Virus genome (UHGV): UHGV-0145753
DNA length: 11,086 nucleotides
Source: a virus
Reading direction: 5' to 3' (one strand)
In this document: in pieces, positions 1 to 7,339 of the stretch
Layout of the letters: each line of letters opens with the position of its first letter
How positions within the stretch are numbered: the stretch's first letter is position 1
The notes under the pieces: generated by a model
The model's input: only the letters and a program-made list of their open reading frames with translations
Told to the model about the DNA's origin: nothing
Database searches by the model: none
Position numbers and translations under genes: made by a program

Positions 1-9
1 TGCAGCGTA

Positions 10-43
10 GTCTCGTGGGCTCGGAGATGTGTATAAGAGACAG
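10..43 (+). other. Illumina Nextera read-2 transposase adapter (sequencing artefact, not biological)
   Basis: Positions 10-43 read GTCTCGTGGGCTCGGAGATGTGTATAAGAGACAG, which matches from memory the 34-nt Nextera read-2 adapter ending in the 19-bp Tn5 mosaic end. Positions 1-9 (tgcagcgta) are probably index or adapter-dimer derived; unverified. Confidence 0.88.
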
Positions 44-3000
44 CCTGTAGAACAGCCCGATTCGGCTCAGTCAATGGCGCGCTGCCGCATGCTGCTGGCG
101 CTCGGGGAGGGGGAGTTTGCTGGTGGCCTGGATGCGACCCGGATATTCCTGGACGGTACGCCGTTGGGAAACCCCGACGGAACGATGAATTTTGAAAATG
201 TGTCATGGGATTTCCGGCCTGGCACACAGACCCAGACACCAATACCGGGATTCCCTGCAGTCGAGAATGAAACTACGGTTGGGGTATCGCTGACAAAGGC
301 CACACCATGGACCCGCGCACTGAGTAACACCCAGATTGACGCGGTGCTGGTTCGTATTGGCATCCCTGGGTTACAGCAGCAGGAAAACGATGGGGATATT
401 GTCGGCACTACGGTTCAGTACCATATTGATCTGGCGGTGGACGGTGGCGCTTACTCGACAGTCATGACGAAAACCGTCACAGAGAAGCTCAGCTCGCTCT
501 ATGAACTAACCCACCGTATTAATCTTCCCAAAGCCAGCACTGGCTGGCAAATTCGAGTGGTGCGTGACACCGATGACAGCACCAGCCAGATGCTGCAGAA
601 CAAAACGCAGGTGCAAGCGATTACTGAAGTGATCGATGCTCGCCTGCGATATCCACACACAGCGCTGCTGTACGTGTCCTTTAACGCAAAGTCATTCAAC
701 AACATCCCTAAGATTTCCTGCATGCCGAAGGGGCGCATCATCCGAATCCCTTCGAACTATGATCCAATAGCGCGGACTTATAGCGGAACATGGGACGGGA
801 CGTTTAAATGGGGCTGGACGAATAACCCGGCGTGGATTTGGTTCGATGTTCTGACTGAGCCGCGCTTCGGCCTTGGGCGCCGCGTGACGCCAGAAATGCT
901 CGATAAGTGGGAGCTCTATCGCATCGCCCAGCGCTGCGACCAGAAGGTACCCGACGGGAAAGGCGGAAGCGGTACCGAGCCACGCTTCATGTTTGACGTT
1001 TACATCCAGTCCCAGGCTGATGCCTGGCAGGTGATTAAAGATATTGCCGCGGGCTTCAACGGAATGACTTTCTGGGGCAACAACATGTTCAATGTTGTCT
1101 CTGACATGCCGGCGGACACTACGAAGTTGCAGATCCTCACTCGCGCATCAGTGGTGGGTAAGCCGGTGTACTCGAGTGGCAGTGAGAAAAACCGATTCTC
1201 CAGCGCGCTGATTAACTTCAGCGATCCGGATAACCACTACCAGGACCGCACCACGGCAGTGATGTTTCCGGAACTGGTAAGGCAGTTCAAGTTTAAGCAG
1301 ACACAAATCACTGCGATCGGTTGTACGCGTGAGAGCGAGGCGCAGCGGCGTGGCGGGTGGGCGGGGTATTCCAACTCCCTTGACCGCATTATCACGCTTC
1401 AGACTGGACTTGATGGCTTTGTATTTGTGCCGGGCACCGTATTTGCGTTTGCAGATGAACGCCTGTCAGGGCGCGTTTACGGCGGGCGTATCACCGGGTA
1501 TAACGCTGGTCTTAAGGCCGTGACCATTGACCGGGGCACCAGTGCGGTGGCGGGCGATACGCTGATGATTCGCACCCAGGGCGGTACCGTTGAAAGCCGG
1601 GTGATACAGGCCGTAAATGGCACGCAGCTGATCCTGTCCACGCCGTTCACGGCGGCGCCATTACCTAATGCCGTATTCGTCATTGATGCTGGTCAGCTGC
1701 GCCTGCAGTATTTCCGGGTAACGAACCTAAAATTTGATGATGAGGAAAACACCTTCACCATTACCGGTGCGGAGTATAACGCGTCGAAATACGACGCCGT
1801 TGATAACAACGCTCGCCTCGATACTCCTCCGATAAGCCTGATTCCGACCGGGCTAGTTAACCAGCCGACCAACATCGTGGTATCGAGCTATGATGCGGTT
1901 CGCCAGGGGCAACGCGTGGCCACGCTAACCGCCTCGTGGGATGCGCCAATTGATAAAGACGGCAAACTGCAGTCGGACGTAATAGCGTACCGGGCACAGT
2001 GGAAGCGCGGAAATAACGAATGGGTAAACGTGCCTGAAACCGGGTTACGAAATATCGAAGTGCCTGGCATTTTCGAGGGCGATTACCTTGTGCGCGTCCG
2101 TGCGATTAACTCTGGGGGAGCGTCCAGCCTTTGGGCCACGTCTGCGTTGACCCATCTTACCGGCCGCACCGGTGAAGTGCCCAAACCTGTCGGACTAACA
2201 GCAACAGAGGATGTTGTATTTGGGATCAACATTACATGGGGTTTCCCCGCAGATACCGCCGACACCCTGAGCACGGAACTGCAATACAGCGCTTCAGTCG
2301 ATGGGGCAAATCCAATGCTTTTGGCGTCGGTGCCGTATCCTCAGAAACTCTATCAGCAGATGGGGCTGAAGGCAGGGCAGGAATTCTGGTACCGGGCACG
2401 GCTGGTTGACCGCATCGGGAATCAGAGCGACTGGACAGACTGGGTGCGCGGGCAGGCCAGCATCGATGTTTCCGATATCACCGATGCAATCCTGGAGGAC
2501 ATGAAAGGCTCCGATACGTTCAAAGATCTGATCGAGAACGCGGTGGACAGCAACGAAAAAATTGCTGGCATGGCTAACGATATCAAACAGGCTAACGACG
2601 AACTGGAGCAGCAAGCGAAAGATATCGCCAAAAATGCCCAGGACGTAGGGAAGGTTCAGACCAGCGTTAATGAGCTTTCCAGCACGGTCGGGAATGTTTC
2701 GTCTTCACTCAGTCAGCTTGAGCAGACCGTTGCGACGGCTGATACCGCCCTGGGCCAGCGAATCGACAACATCAGCGTTTCTATGGACGGCATGACGGGC
2801 GGGGTGAAGAACTCTGCAATTGCGATAATCCAGGCAAACCTCGCTCAGGTGGCCACGCGTAAAACCCTTTCTGCATCGGTCGCCGGCAACAGCGCGAATC
2901 TGGACCGTATTGATGAGGTGATTGTCAACGACAGGGAGGCAACGGCGCGCTCGCTGCTGAGCCTGCAGACGGACGTTAACGGCAACAAGGCATCCATCAA

Positions 3001-3571
3001 CAGCCTGAACCAGACGTTCTCCGATTACCAGCAGGCTATGGCCACGCAGGTAAACAGCATCACGGCGACGGTGAACGGGCATACCTCAGCCATCACAACC
3101 AACGCTCAGGCTATAGCGAACGTAAACGGCGACCTCAGCGCGATGTACAACATCAAAGTTGGTGTCTCCAGCAACGGGCAGTATTACGCCGCGGGGATGG
3201 GTATCGGCGTGGAGAATACGCCATCAGGCATGCAGTCACAGGTAATCTTCCTGGCAGACCGTTTCGCCGTGACTACTATGGTCGGCGGGACTGTAACACT
3301 GCCGTTCGTTATCCAGAATGGCCAGGCCATTATCAGGGATACAGTCATTGGCGACGGGACCATAAGCAATGCAAAAATTGGCAATTACATCCAGTCGAAC
3401 AATTATGTTGCCGGCTCTGTTGGCTGGAAACTGGATAAGTCCGGGACGTTTGAGAACTACGGTTCGACAGCTGGGGAGGGAGCCATGAAGCAGACCAACC
3501 AGACAATCAGCGTCAAGGATGGCAACAACGTTCTGAGAGTGCAGGTTGGCCGATTAACGGGGGTGTTCTGA
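44..3571 (+). CDS. J: Phage host specificity / tail tip protein J (lambda gpJ family), 5'-truncated at the contig edge
   Basis: Long ORF whose translation aligns by eye with lambda gpJ from near its N-terminus (e.g. RIPSNYDPIARTYSGTWDGTF versus lambda LQVPSNYNPQTRQYSGIWDGTF). The ATG at 29 lies inside the adapter, so genuine coding sequence starts at 44 in the same frame and a few N-terminal codons are missing. Stop TGA at 3569-3571. Confidence 0.9.
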   Translation, partial: PVEQPDSAQSMARCRMLLALGEGEFAGGLDATRIFLDGTPLGNPDGTMNFENVSWDFRPGTQTQTPIPGFPAVENETTVGVSLTKATPWTRALSNTQIDAVLVRIGIPGLQQQENDGDIVGTTVQYHIDLAVDGGAYSTVMTKTVTEKLSSLYELTHRINLPKASTGWQIRVVRDTDDSTSQMLQNKTQVQAITEVIDARLRYPHTALLYVSFNAKSFNNIPKISCMPKGRIIRIPSNYDPIARTYSGTWDGTFKWGWTNNPAWIWFDVLTEPRFGLGRRVTPEMLDKWELYRIAQRCDQKVPDGKGGSGTEPRFMFDVYIQSQADAWQVIKDIAAGFNGMTFWGNNMFNVVSDMPADTTKLQILTRASVVGKPVYSSGSEKNRFSSALINFSDPDNHYQDRTTAVMFPELVRQFKFKQTQITAIGCTRESEAQRRGGWAGYSNSLDRIITLQTGLDGFVFVPGTVFAFADERLSGRVYGGRITGYNAGLKAVTIDRGTSAVAGDTLMIRTQGGTVESRVIQAVNGTQLILSTPFTAAPLPNAVFVIDAGQLRLQYFRVTNLKFDDEENTFTITGAEYNASKYDAVDNNARLDTPPISLIPTGLVNQPTNIVVSSYDAVRQGQRVATLTASWDAPIDKDGKLQSDVIAYRAQWKRGNNEWVNVPETGLRNIEVPGIFEGDYLVRVRAINSGGASSLWATSALTHLTGRTGEVPKPVGLTATEDVVFGINITWGFPADTADTLSTELQYSASVDGANPMLLASVPYPQKLYQQMGLKAGQEFWYRARLVDRIGNQSDWTDWVRGQASIDVSDITDAILEDMKGSDTFKDLIENAVDSNEKIAGMANDIKQANDELEQQAKDIAKNAQDVGKVQTSVNELSSTVGNVSSSLSQLEQTVATADTALGQRIDNISVSMDGMTGGVKNSAIAIIQANLAQVATRKTLSASVAGNSANLDRIDEVIVNDREATARSLLSLQTDVNGNKASINSLNQTFSDYQQAMATQVNSITATVNGHTSAITTNAQAIANVNGDLSAMYNIKVGVSSNGQYYAAGMGIGVENTPSGMQSQVIFLADRFAVTTMVGGTVTLPFVIQNGQAIIRDTVIGDGTISNAKIGNYIQSNNYVAGSVGWKLDKSGTFENYGSTAGEGAMKQTNQTISVKDGNNVLRVQVGRLTGVF

Positions 3572-3572
3572 T

Positions 3573-3875
3573 ATGGCTTATGGAATACAGACCTGGGATG
3601 CTTCGGGAAACCCCAACAACTACGGAATCAAGCCCGTTTCCGTTGTTGGACGTATACAACTTGCCGCCGGACAAAACTCCGGCAGCTGGTCTTTCACTGT
3701 ACCCTCAGGAATGAAGGTCGGTTTTGCGCTCTCACTTGATGAAGGAGGTAACAGCGTAGGGAGGAGCATTGTCGCGTCAGGGAACACAATAACCGTAACC
3801 GCAGCCTCTTCTGTGGGCCTGGGTAATTACCCGGCCTCTAAATGTGAGGTGGTCGTTTTCATGGAGAAAGCATAA
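3573..3875 (+). CDS. Hypothetical phage protein (tail-region accessory), 100 aa
   Basis: ORF starts 2 nt after the J stop with a G-rich Shine-Dalgarno-like stretch upstream; its stop overlaps the next start (TAATG). Shares a WDASG motif with the next ORF. Confidence 0.6.
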   Translation: MAYGIQTWDASGNPNNYGIKPVSVVGRIQLAAGQNSGSWSFTVPSGMKVGFALSLDEGGNSVGRSIVASGNTITVTAASSVGLGNYPASKCEVVVFMEKA

Positions 3876-4549
3876 TGGCCGAATTTGGCGCGATGATATT
3901 AATGGATAACGGGAATCCCTTTGTAACGCCACAATCAACGCCTTTCTGTCTTTACGGGAAGTATACCTTCAATTCATCCGCGAATGGCAGTTCTCAGCAG
4001 GTTGCTCAAAATATCGCTTTAAACGCTGATTACCCAGTGATGGTTTTTATCAAAACCACCAATACAGCACAGCCCACTCCGGTTATGTCTTACAGGAACG
4101 GCGGTAATGTGTATGTTGCTGGTGTTAATCCCTACAACCAAAGTTTCACTTTAACGGCGTACGTTTTTGCCATATTCCCGCAGATATTACCGAAATGGGG
4201 TTTGGCAATATGGGATGCGAGCGGAAAGCTTGTGTTAACTAATGAGTCCCGTGTGCTATCAGACCTGCAGACGGTTGGCACGCCTGGTGCAAACGGCGGG
4301 ATAAATATTGACCAGACGCTGAGCGGGTCATGGGCCGTTGCACCTGCTCAGTTGGGTCAGACCATCATTGTGAATAATTCAACCCGGCCTCCGACTATCT
4401 ACACGATAAATGCTTATTCTTCATGCAGGTTTGACGGGGCCAATACGAGGATAAACGCAGGGGGGACCTCCACTGGGGCAGGTTCACCTGGAGGGGGAAC
4501 GAATACTGGCATTTCATTAACCGCCATAAATACAGCGGCCTATGATTGA
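3875..4549 (+). CDS. Hypothetical phage protein, 224 aa, apparently two copies of the domain seen in the preceding ORF plus a Gly/Thr/Asn-rich C-terminus
   Basis: Start is translationally coupled to the upstream stop (TAATG). Contains AIWDASGKLVL mid-protein and a second weaker DNGNP-type motif near the N-terminus, resembling QTWDASGNP in the 100-aa ORF. Confidence 0.62.
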   Translation: MAEFGAMILMDNGNPFVTPQSTPFCLYGKYTFNSSANGSSQQVAQNIALNADYPVMVFIKTTNTAQPTPVMSYRNGGNVYVAGVNPYNQSFTLTAYVFAIFPQILPKWGLAIWDASGKLVLTNESRVLSDLQTVGTPGANGGINIDQTLSGSWAVAPAQLGQTIIVNNSTRPPTIYTINAYSSCRFDGANTRINAGGTSTGAGSPGGGTNTGISLTAINTAAYD

Positions 4550-4571
4550 TTGATCGTTTTTAGCGATCAAT
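4548..4571. promoter_or_regulatory. AT-rich palindrome ATTGATCG-N7-CGATCAAT with clustered GATC sites; candidate operator or promoter region for the downstream lipoprotein moron
   Basis: Perfect 8-bp inverted repeat (4549-4556 and 4564-4571) immediately after the stop of the 224-aa ORF. A third TTGATC copy lies at 4582-4587, giving three GATC sites within about 35 bp. No T-tract follows, so it is not a typical terminator. Confidence 0.3.
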
Positions 4572-4660
4572 AACATAATATTGATCTATCCAATCAATTA
4601 TACCCACCAGAATTGTATTGTTATCGTCTAAGATACTGAATTCCTCTGGATACTATCAAA

Positions 4661-4894
4661 ATGAGAAAACTGATTATCTGCATGGCAGGCGCTGTCATGC
4701 TTACAGGATGCGCTGGCGTAATTGAGAAACAGGAACCAGTTTGCAGCGGCACTGCAATCGTTGGCGGTCAGGAAACTACGGTTCAGATTTACGGTGTGCG
4801 TAAACAAAACAACCAGACGCAGTACCGGGCTGGATATCCTTTCAGCTGGCGCTGGGTAAGTGCGAATACATTTACCGAAACAACCTGCAAATAA
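4661..4894 (+). CDS. Small secreted lipoprotein (77 aa); position and size consistent with a Cor-like superinfection-exclusion lipoprotein
   Basis: N-terminus MRKLIICMAGAVMLTGCAG has a hydrophobic signal sequence followed by an L-T-G-C lipobox. The gene sits between J and the side tail fibre with its own AT-rich upstream region and a downstream terminator (moron-like). The Cor assignment rests on context only. Confidence 0.65.
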   Translation: MRKLIICMAGAVMLTGCAGVIEKQEPVCSGTAIVGGQETTVQIYGVRKQNNQTQYRAGYPFSWRWVSANTFTETTCK

Positions 4895-4915
4895 CCCACT
4901 ACGCTTAAACATAAA

Positions 4916-4938
4916 CCTCGCTCCGGCGGGGTTTTTTT
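4916..4938 (+). terminator. Putative rho-independent terminator after the lipoprotein gene
   Basis: GC-rich imperfect hairpin (cctcgctccggcgggg) immediately followed by a run of seven T (4932-4938). Confidence 0.5.
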
Positions 4939-4954
4939 ATTGCCTGGAGAAAAT

Positions 4955-5896
4955 ATGCTTTATAACACCGGCACCATCGCCATTAATGGAAATACCGCCA
5001 CCGGGACGGGTACAAACTGGACGGCACCGGCCAGCCAGGTCCGCGCTGGCCAGACGATTATCGTGATGTCTAACCCGGTGCAGCTGTTTCAGATTTCATC
5101 CGTGAACAGCGCCACGTCAATGACGGTAACGCCTGCTGCATCACCGGCGCTGAGCGGCCAGAAGTACGGCATTCTGGTATCAGACAATATCTCGGTTGAT
5201 GGGCTGGCGCTGGCCATGTCGCAGCTTATCAAGGAGTATGACGAGAATATTGGTGCGTGGGAGACGTTCGCCACAACCTCAGCCAACCAGAACATTACCG
5301 TTACGATCAATGGCACCAGTTTATCAATCCCGGCTCTTGGGAAATTACTGCAGAAGGGGAGCAACGGAGCTTTGCCGGTTAATCAAGGTGGTACCGGCGC
5401 AACGAATGCCGCAGACGCTCGCACAAACCTTGGTTTGGGAGAAGGTTCGGTGTTACCCGTTGGTGTGCCTGTTCCGTGGCCTGCAGCCACTCCGCCAACA
5501 GGCTGGCTGAAATGCAATGGTGCGGCTTTTTCTGCTGAAGAATACCCAGAACTGGCAAAGGCTTACCCGACAAATAAATTGCCTGATTTACGTGGTGAGT
5601 TTATGCGTGGCTGGGATGATGGAAGAGGCGTTGATAGTGGCAGGGGGATTCTCACTGCGCAATCTCATGGTATGCCGTCTATTTCAGGAACGTTTAATGG
5701 TCTTTTTGCTGTTAAACAAACAAATGGTTTAGGTGGTGTTTCTGTAGCAAAAAGTACAAATACTGAAACTTTATCTACTTCATCTGGATCAGGTTCCGTG
5801 TTTGATTACACGTTTAATGTCAGCGGTTCGACTCCGGTATCACCAGAACTTCGTCCGCGTAATATTGCATTTAACTATATCGTGAGGGCCGCATAA
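4955..5896 (+). CDS. Side tail fiber protein: constant N-terminal part (to about 5430) fused to the currently expressed variable C-terminal part carrying a phage tail-collar-like domain
   Basis: GGAG Shine-Dalgarno 7 nt upstream of ATG 4955 (the ORF-track start at 4940 is a TTG). The N-terminus MLYNTGTIAINGNTATGTGTNW is fibre-like, and the C-terminal motifs (PTGWLKCNGAAFSAEEYPELAKAY, LPDLRGEFMRGWDDGRG) are typical of tail-collar domains. The left inversion site lies in-frame at 5418-5443. Confidence 0.85.
   Translation: MLYNTGTIAINGNTATGTGTNWTAPASQVRAGQTIIVMSNPVQLFQISSVNSATSMTVTPAASPALSGQKYGILVSDNISVDGLALAMSQLIKEYDENIGAWETFATTSANQNITVTINGTSLSIPALGKLLQKGSNGALPVNQGGTGATNAADARTNLGLGEGSVLPVGVPVPWPAATPPTGWLKCNGAAFSAEEYPELAKAYPTNKLPDLRGEFMRGWDDGRGVDSGRGILTAQSHGMPSISGTFNGLFAVKQTNGLGGVSVAKSTNTETLSTSSGSGSVFDYTFNVSGSTPVSPELRPRNIAFNYIVRAA
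5418..5443. repeat. Left recombination site of the invertible segment (gix/hix/pix-like), crossover dinucleotide TT at 5430-5431
   Basis: CTCGCACAAACC-TT-GGTTTGGGAGAA. Positions 5430-5444 are the exact reverse complement of 7254-7268. The half-site resembles the Hin/Gin-type consensus (TTCTC..AAACC) as I recall it. It is embedded in-frame in the tail-fibre gene (codons N-L-G-L-G-E). Confidence 0.7.
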
Positions 5897-6498
5897 TGAA
5901 TAATGCAGAATTAAATAGTGAATTGATTGCTACTGCGGCAGGGAATATTACCGTTTATAACTATGATTGTGAAACACGAGAATATATTTCCACATCAACT
6001 GAATATCTTGCTGTGGGTGTCGGTATCCCGGCATGTTCCTGTCTGGATACACCAGGTATACATAAGGCGGGTTATGCAATATGCCGCTCTGTGGATTTAA
6101 ATTCATGGGAATATGTGCCAGACCATCGAGGTGAAATTGTCTATAGCACCGAAACGGGAGATACCAAAGAAATCACAGTGCCAGGCGACTATCCCGAAAA
6201 TACAACCACTATCGCCCCGTTAACGCCATACGATAAATGGGATGGTGAGAAATGGGTGACCGATATTGAGGCACAGCATAGCGCCGCAGTAGACGCGGCA
6301 GAAGCGCATCGCCAATCGCGGATTGATGCTGCAATGGCTTCCATCAGTCTGATTCAGCTGAAATTGCAGGCCGGACGTAAACTGACGCAGGCAGAAACAA
6401 CCCGGCTTAACGCTGTGCTGGATTACATTGACGCGGTGGTGGCAACAGATACCAGCACCGCGCCGGATGTCATCTGGCCTGAACTACCGGAGGCGTAG
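5896..6498 (+). CDS. tfa: Tail fiber assembly protein (Tfa chaperone) for the currently expressed fibre variant
   Basis: Start overlaps the fibre stop (TAATG) with a GAGGG Shine-Dalgarno upstream. C-terminal motif LDYIDAVVATDTSTAPDVIWPELP is typical of the conserved Tfa C-terminus. Confidence 0.8.
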   Translation: MNNAELNSELIATAAGNITVYNYDCETREYISTSTEYLAVGVGIPACSCLDTPGIHKAGYAICRSVDLNSWEYVPDHRGEIVYSTETGDTKEITVPGDYPENTTTIAPLTPYDKWDGEKWVTDIEAQHSAAVDAAEAHRQSRIDAAMASISLIQLKLQAGRKLTQAETTRLNAVLDYIDAVVATDTSTAPDVIWPELPEA

Positions 6499-6913
6499 GC
6501 CATTCAATATCTGGAGCACTGGAAATATCGACCATTTCCAGTGCATCCAGATAATCCAGCCACAAATTATATTGTGCCAGTTCCTCACCTTTCAGACGAC
6601 CGATAGCTGCTTTACCAGGCCATTGCTTACCGTTCATGTATTCGTTGGCATGGTCAATTCTCGACTTTTTCTCTGAGTCAGCCGCAGCAAGTTGTTCTTT
6701 ATGCGTAGGTGACGGAAGATCTACCCAGCAAGGCAACCCATCATCACCAATGCCACGCATTTTACCCTCAGGAGCGTTTCCCATGAAAACCAGTGCATCT
6801 TCAGCATCTATATTGATGCCGTCTGACGGCCATGTGCCAGCAGTTAAATAATCATATTTCAGTGCCACAAGATAAAAAGCATTTTCCGTCGGGCTGAATA
6901 CATAGTCGACCAT
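6470..6913 (-). CDS. tfa: Alternative tail fiber assembly protein (Tfa-alt), in the silent orientation
   Basis: Conserved Tfa-type C-terminus (LWLDYLDALEMVDISSAPDIEWPTPP). Preferred start is the ATG at 6913, which overlaps the Sv-alt stop in a TAATG junction mirroring the + strand arrangement and has a GGGAG upstream; the ORF-track start at 6931 would add 6 aa. Its 3' end overlaps the + strand tfa convergently by 29 bp. Confidence 0.72.
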   Translation of the reverse strand: MVDYVFSPTENAFYLVALKYDYLTAGTWPSDGINIDAEDALVFMGNAPEGKMRGIGDDGLPCWVDLPSPTHKEQLAAADSEKKSRIDHANEYMNGKQWPGKAAIGRLKGEELAQYNLWLDYLDALEMVDISSAPDIEWPTPPVVQAR

Positions 6914-7268
6914 TAATATCCCACTCCCCATACTGCCACTGTTGAATTAGATTTCGTGTATGCGCAAGCGGCTTTGAATTTGACCCGGTCAACAATCGCT
7001 GCGCTAACAAAAGGGGCTCCATTAGTCGCGTAGATCACAGAATTGACCAGCGAAGGATTGATGGAAAGGCAAGCATTAGGAAAGGCAACCGGCCATGAGC
7101 CATCAACAACGACCATATTACCGTCGGTAGATTGCGGCACTGATAGCGTCTTCCACTGAAGCAATGCTGTTCGTTGTACTCCACCAATTAATACTGGAAT
7201 AGTGATGTTACCTGCACTGCTGGCTAATGCTGTCGCAGCAGGCATTTTCGCTGCTTCTCCCAAACCAA
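6913..7268 (-). CDS. Alternative tail-fibre variable C-terminal cassette (Sv-alt), promoterless and startless; it would be fused in-frame to the constant part after inversion
   Basis: The minus-strand reading frame is open from the right inversion site to a stop at 6913-6915. Across the site it encodes V-G-L-G-E, matching L-G-L-G-E at the left site in the same codon phase, so recombination at the central dinucleotide keeps the frame. The ORF-track start at 7287 is a TTG beyond the crossover. Confidence 0.62.
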
Positions 7269-7280
7269 CCTTTTTTATAA
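7255..7280. repeat. Right recombination site of the invertible segment (gix/hix/pix-like), crossover dinucleotide AA at 7267-7268
   Basis: TTCTCCCAAACC-AA-CCTTTTTTATAA. Its left half and centre are the exact reverse complement of the left site's right half and centre. It lies about 60 bp upstream of the invertase start. Confidence 0.7.
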
Positions 7281-7339
7281 CCATCAAAAATCTGGTGATG
7301 CTTCGCCGTTTCTCCTGTTTTCATAACAGGAGAAATCCC

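Larger units (their letters stand above)
5430..7268. other. Invertible DNA segment of about 1.84 kb (Mu G / P1 C / e14 P-segment type) carrying two alternative tail-fibre C-terminal cassettes and their cognate assembly chaperones
   Basis: Bounded by the inverted sites at 5418-5443 and 7255-7280. Contents are Sv (+), Tfa (+), Tfa-alt (-) and Sv-alt (-), with a Gin/Hin-family invertase gene immediately outside the right site. Confidence 0.75.

Noticed and set aside
29-43. ATG at 29 as the start codon of the J gene
   Set aside because: The codon lies inside the Nextera adapter sequence, so it is not phage DNA; J is 5'-partial.
67-3384. Multiple short minus-strand ORFs (60-125 aa) nested inside the J gene
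   Set aside because: All are antisense to a long, clearly homologous coding region and have no start context or recognisable motifs; typical spurious ORFs in GC-rich coding DNA.
4628-5066. ORFs 4628-4912 (-) and 4860-5066 (+) overlapping the lipoprotein gene and terminator
   Set aside because: The first is antisense to the lipoprotein gene; the second runs through the terminator hairpin and into the tail-fibre start, out of frame. No support.
5089-5732. Small ORFs on either strand inside the tail-fibre gene
   Set aside because: They overlap the well-supported tail-fibre frame; no independent evidence.
7287-7287. TTG at 7285-7287 as an independent start for the Sv-alt cassette
   Set aside because: It lies outside the invertible segment, beyond the crossover; the cassette is more plausibly startless and expressed only as a fusion after inversion.
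7202-7339. Upstream in-frame extension of the invertase ORF (228 aa version)
   Set aside because: The extension crosses the right inversion site and overlaps the Sv-alt cassette. The ATG at 7340 has a strong AGGAGA Shine-Dalgarno and gives a protein of the expected invertase length with Ser9 aligned.
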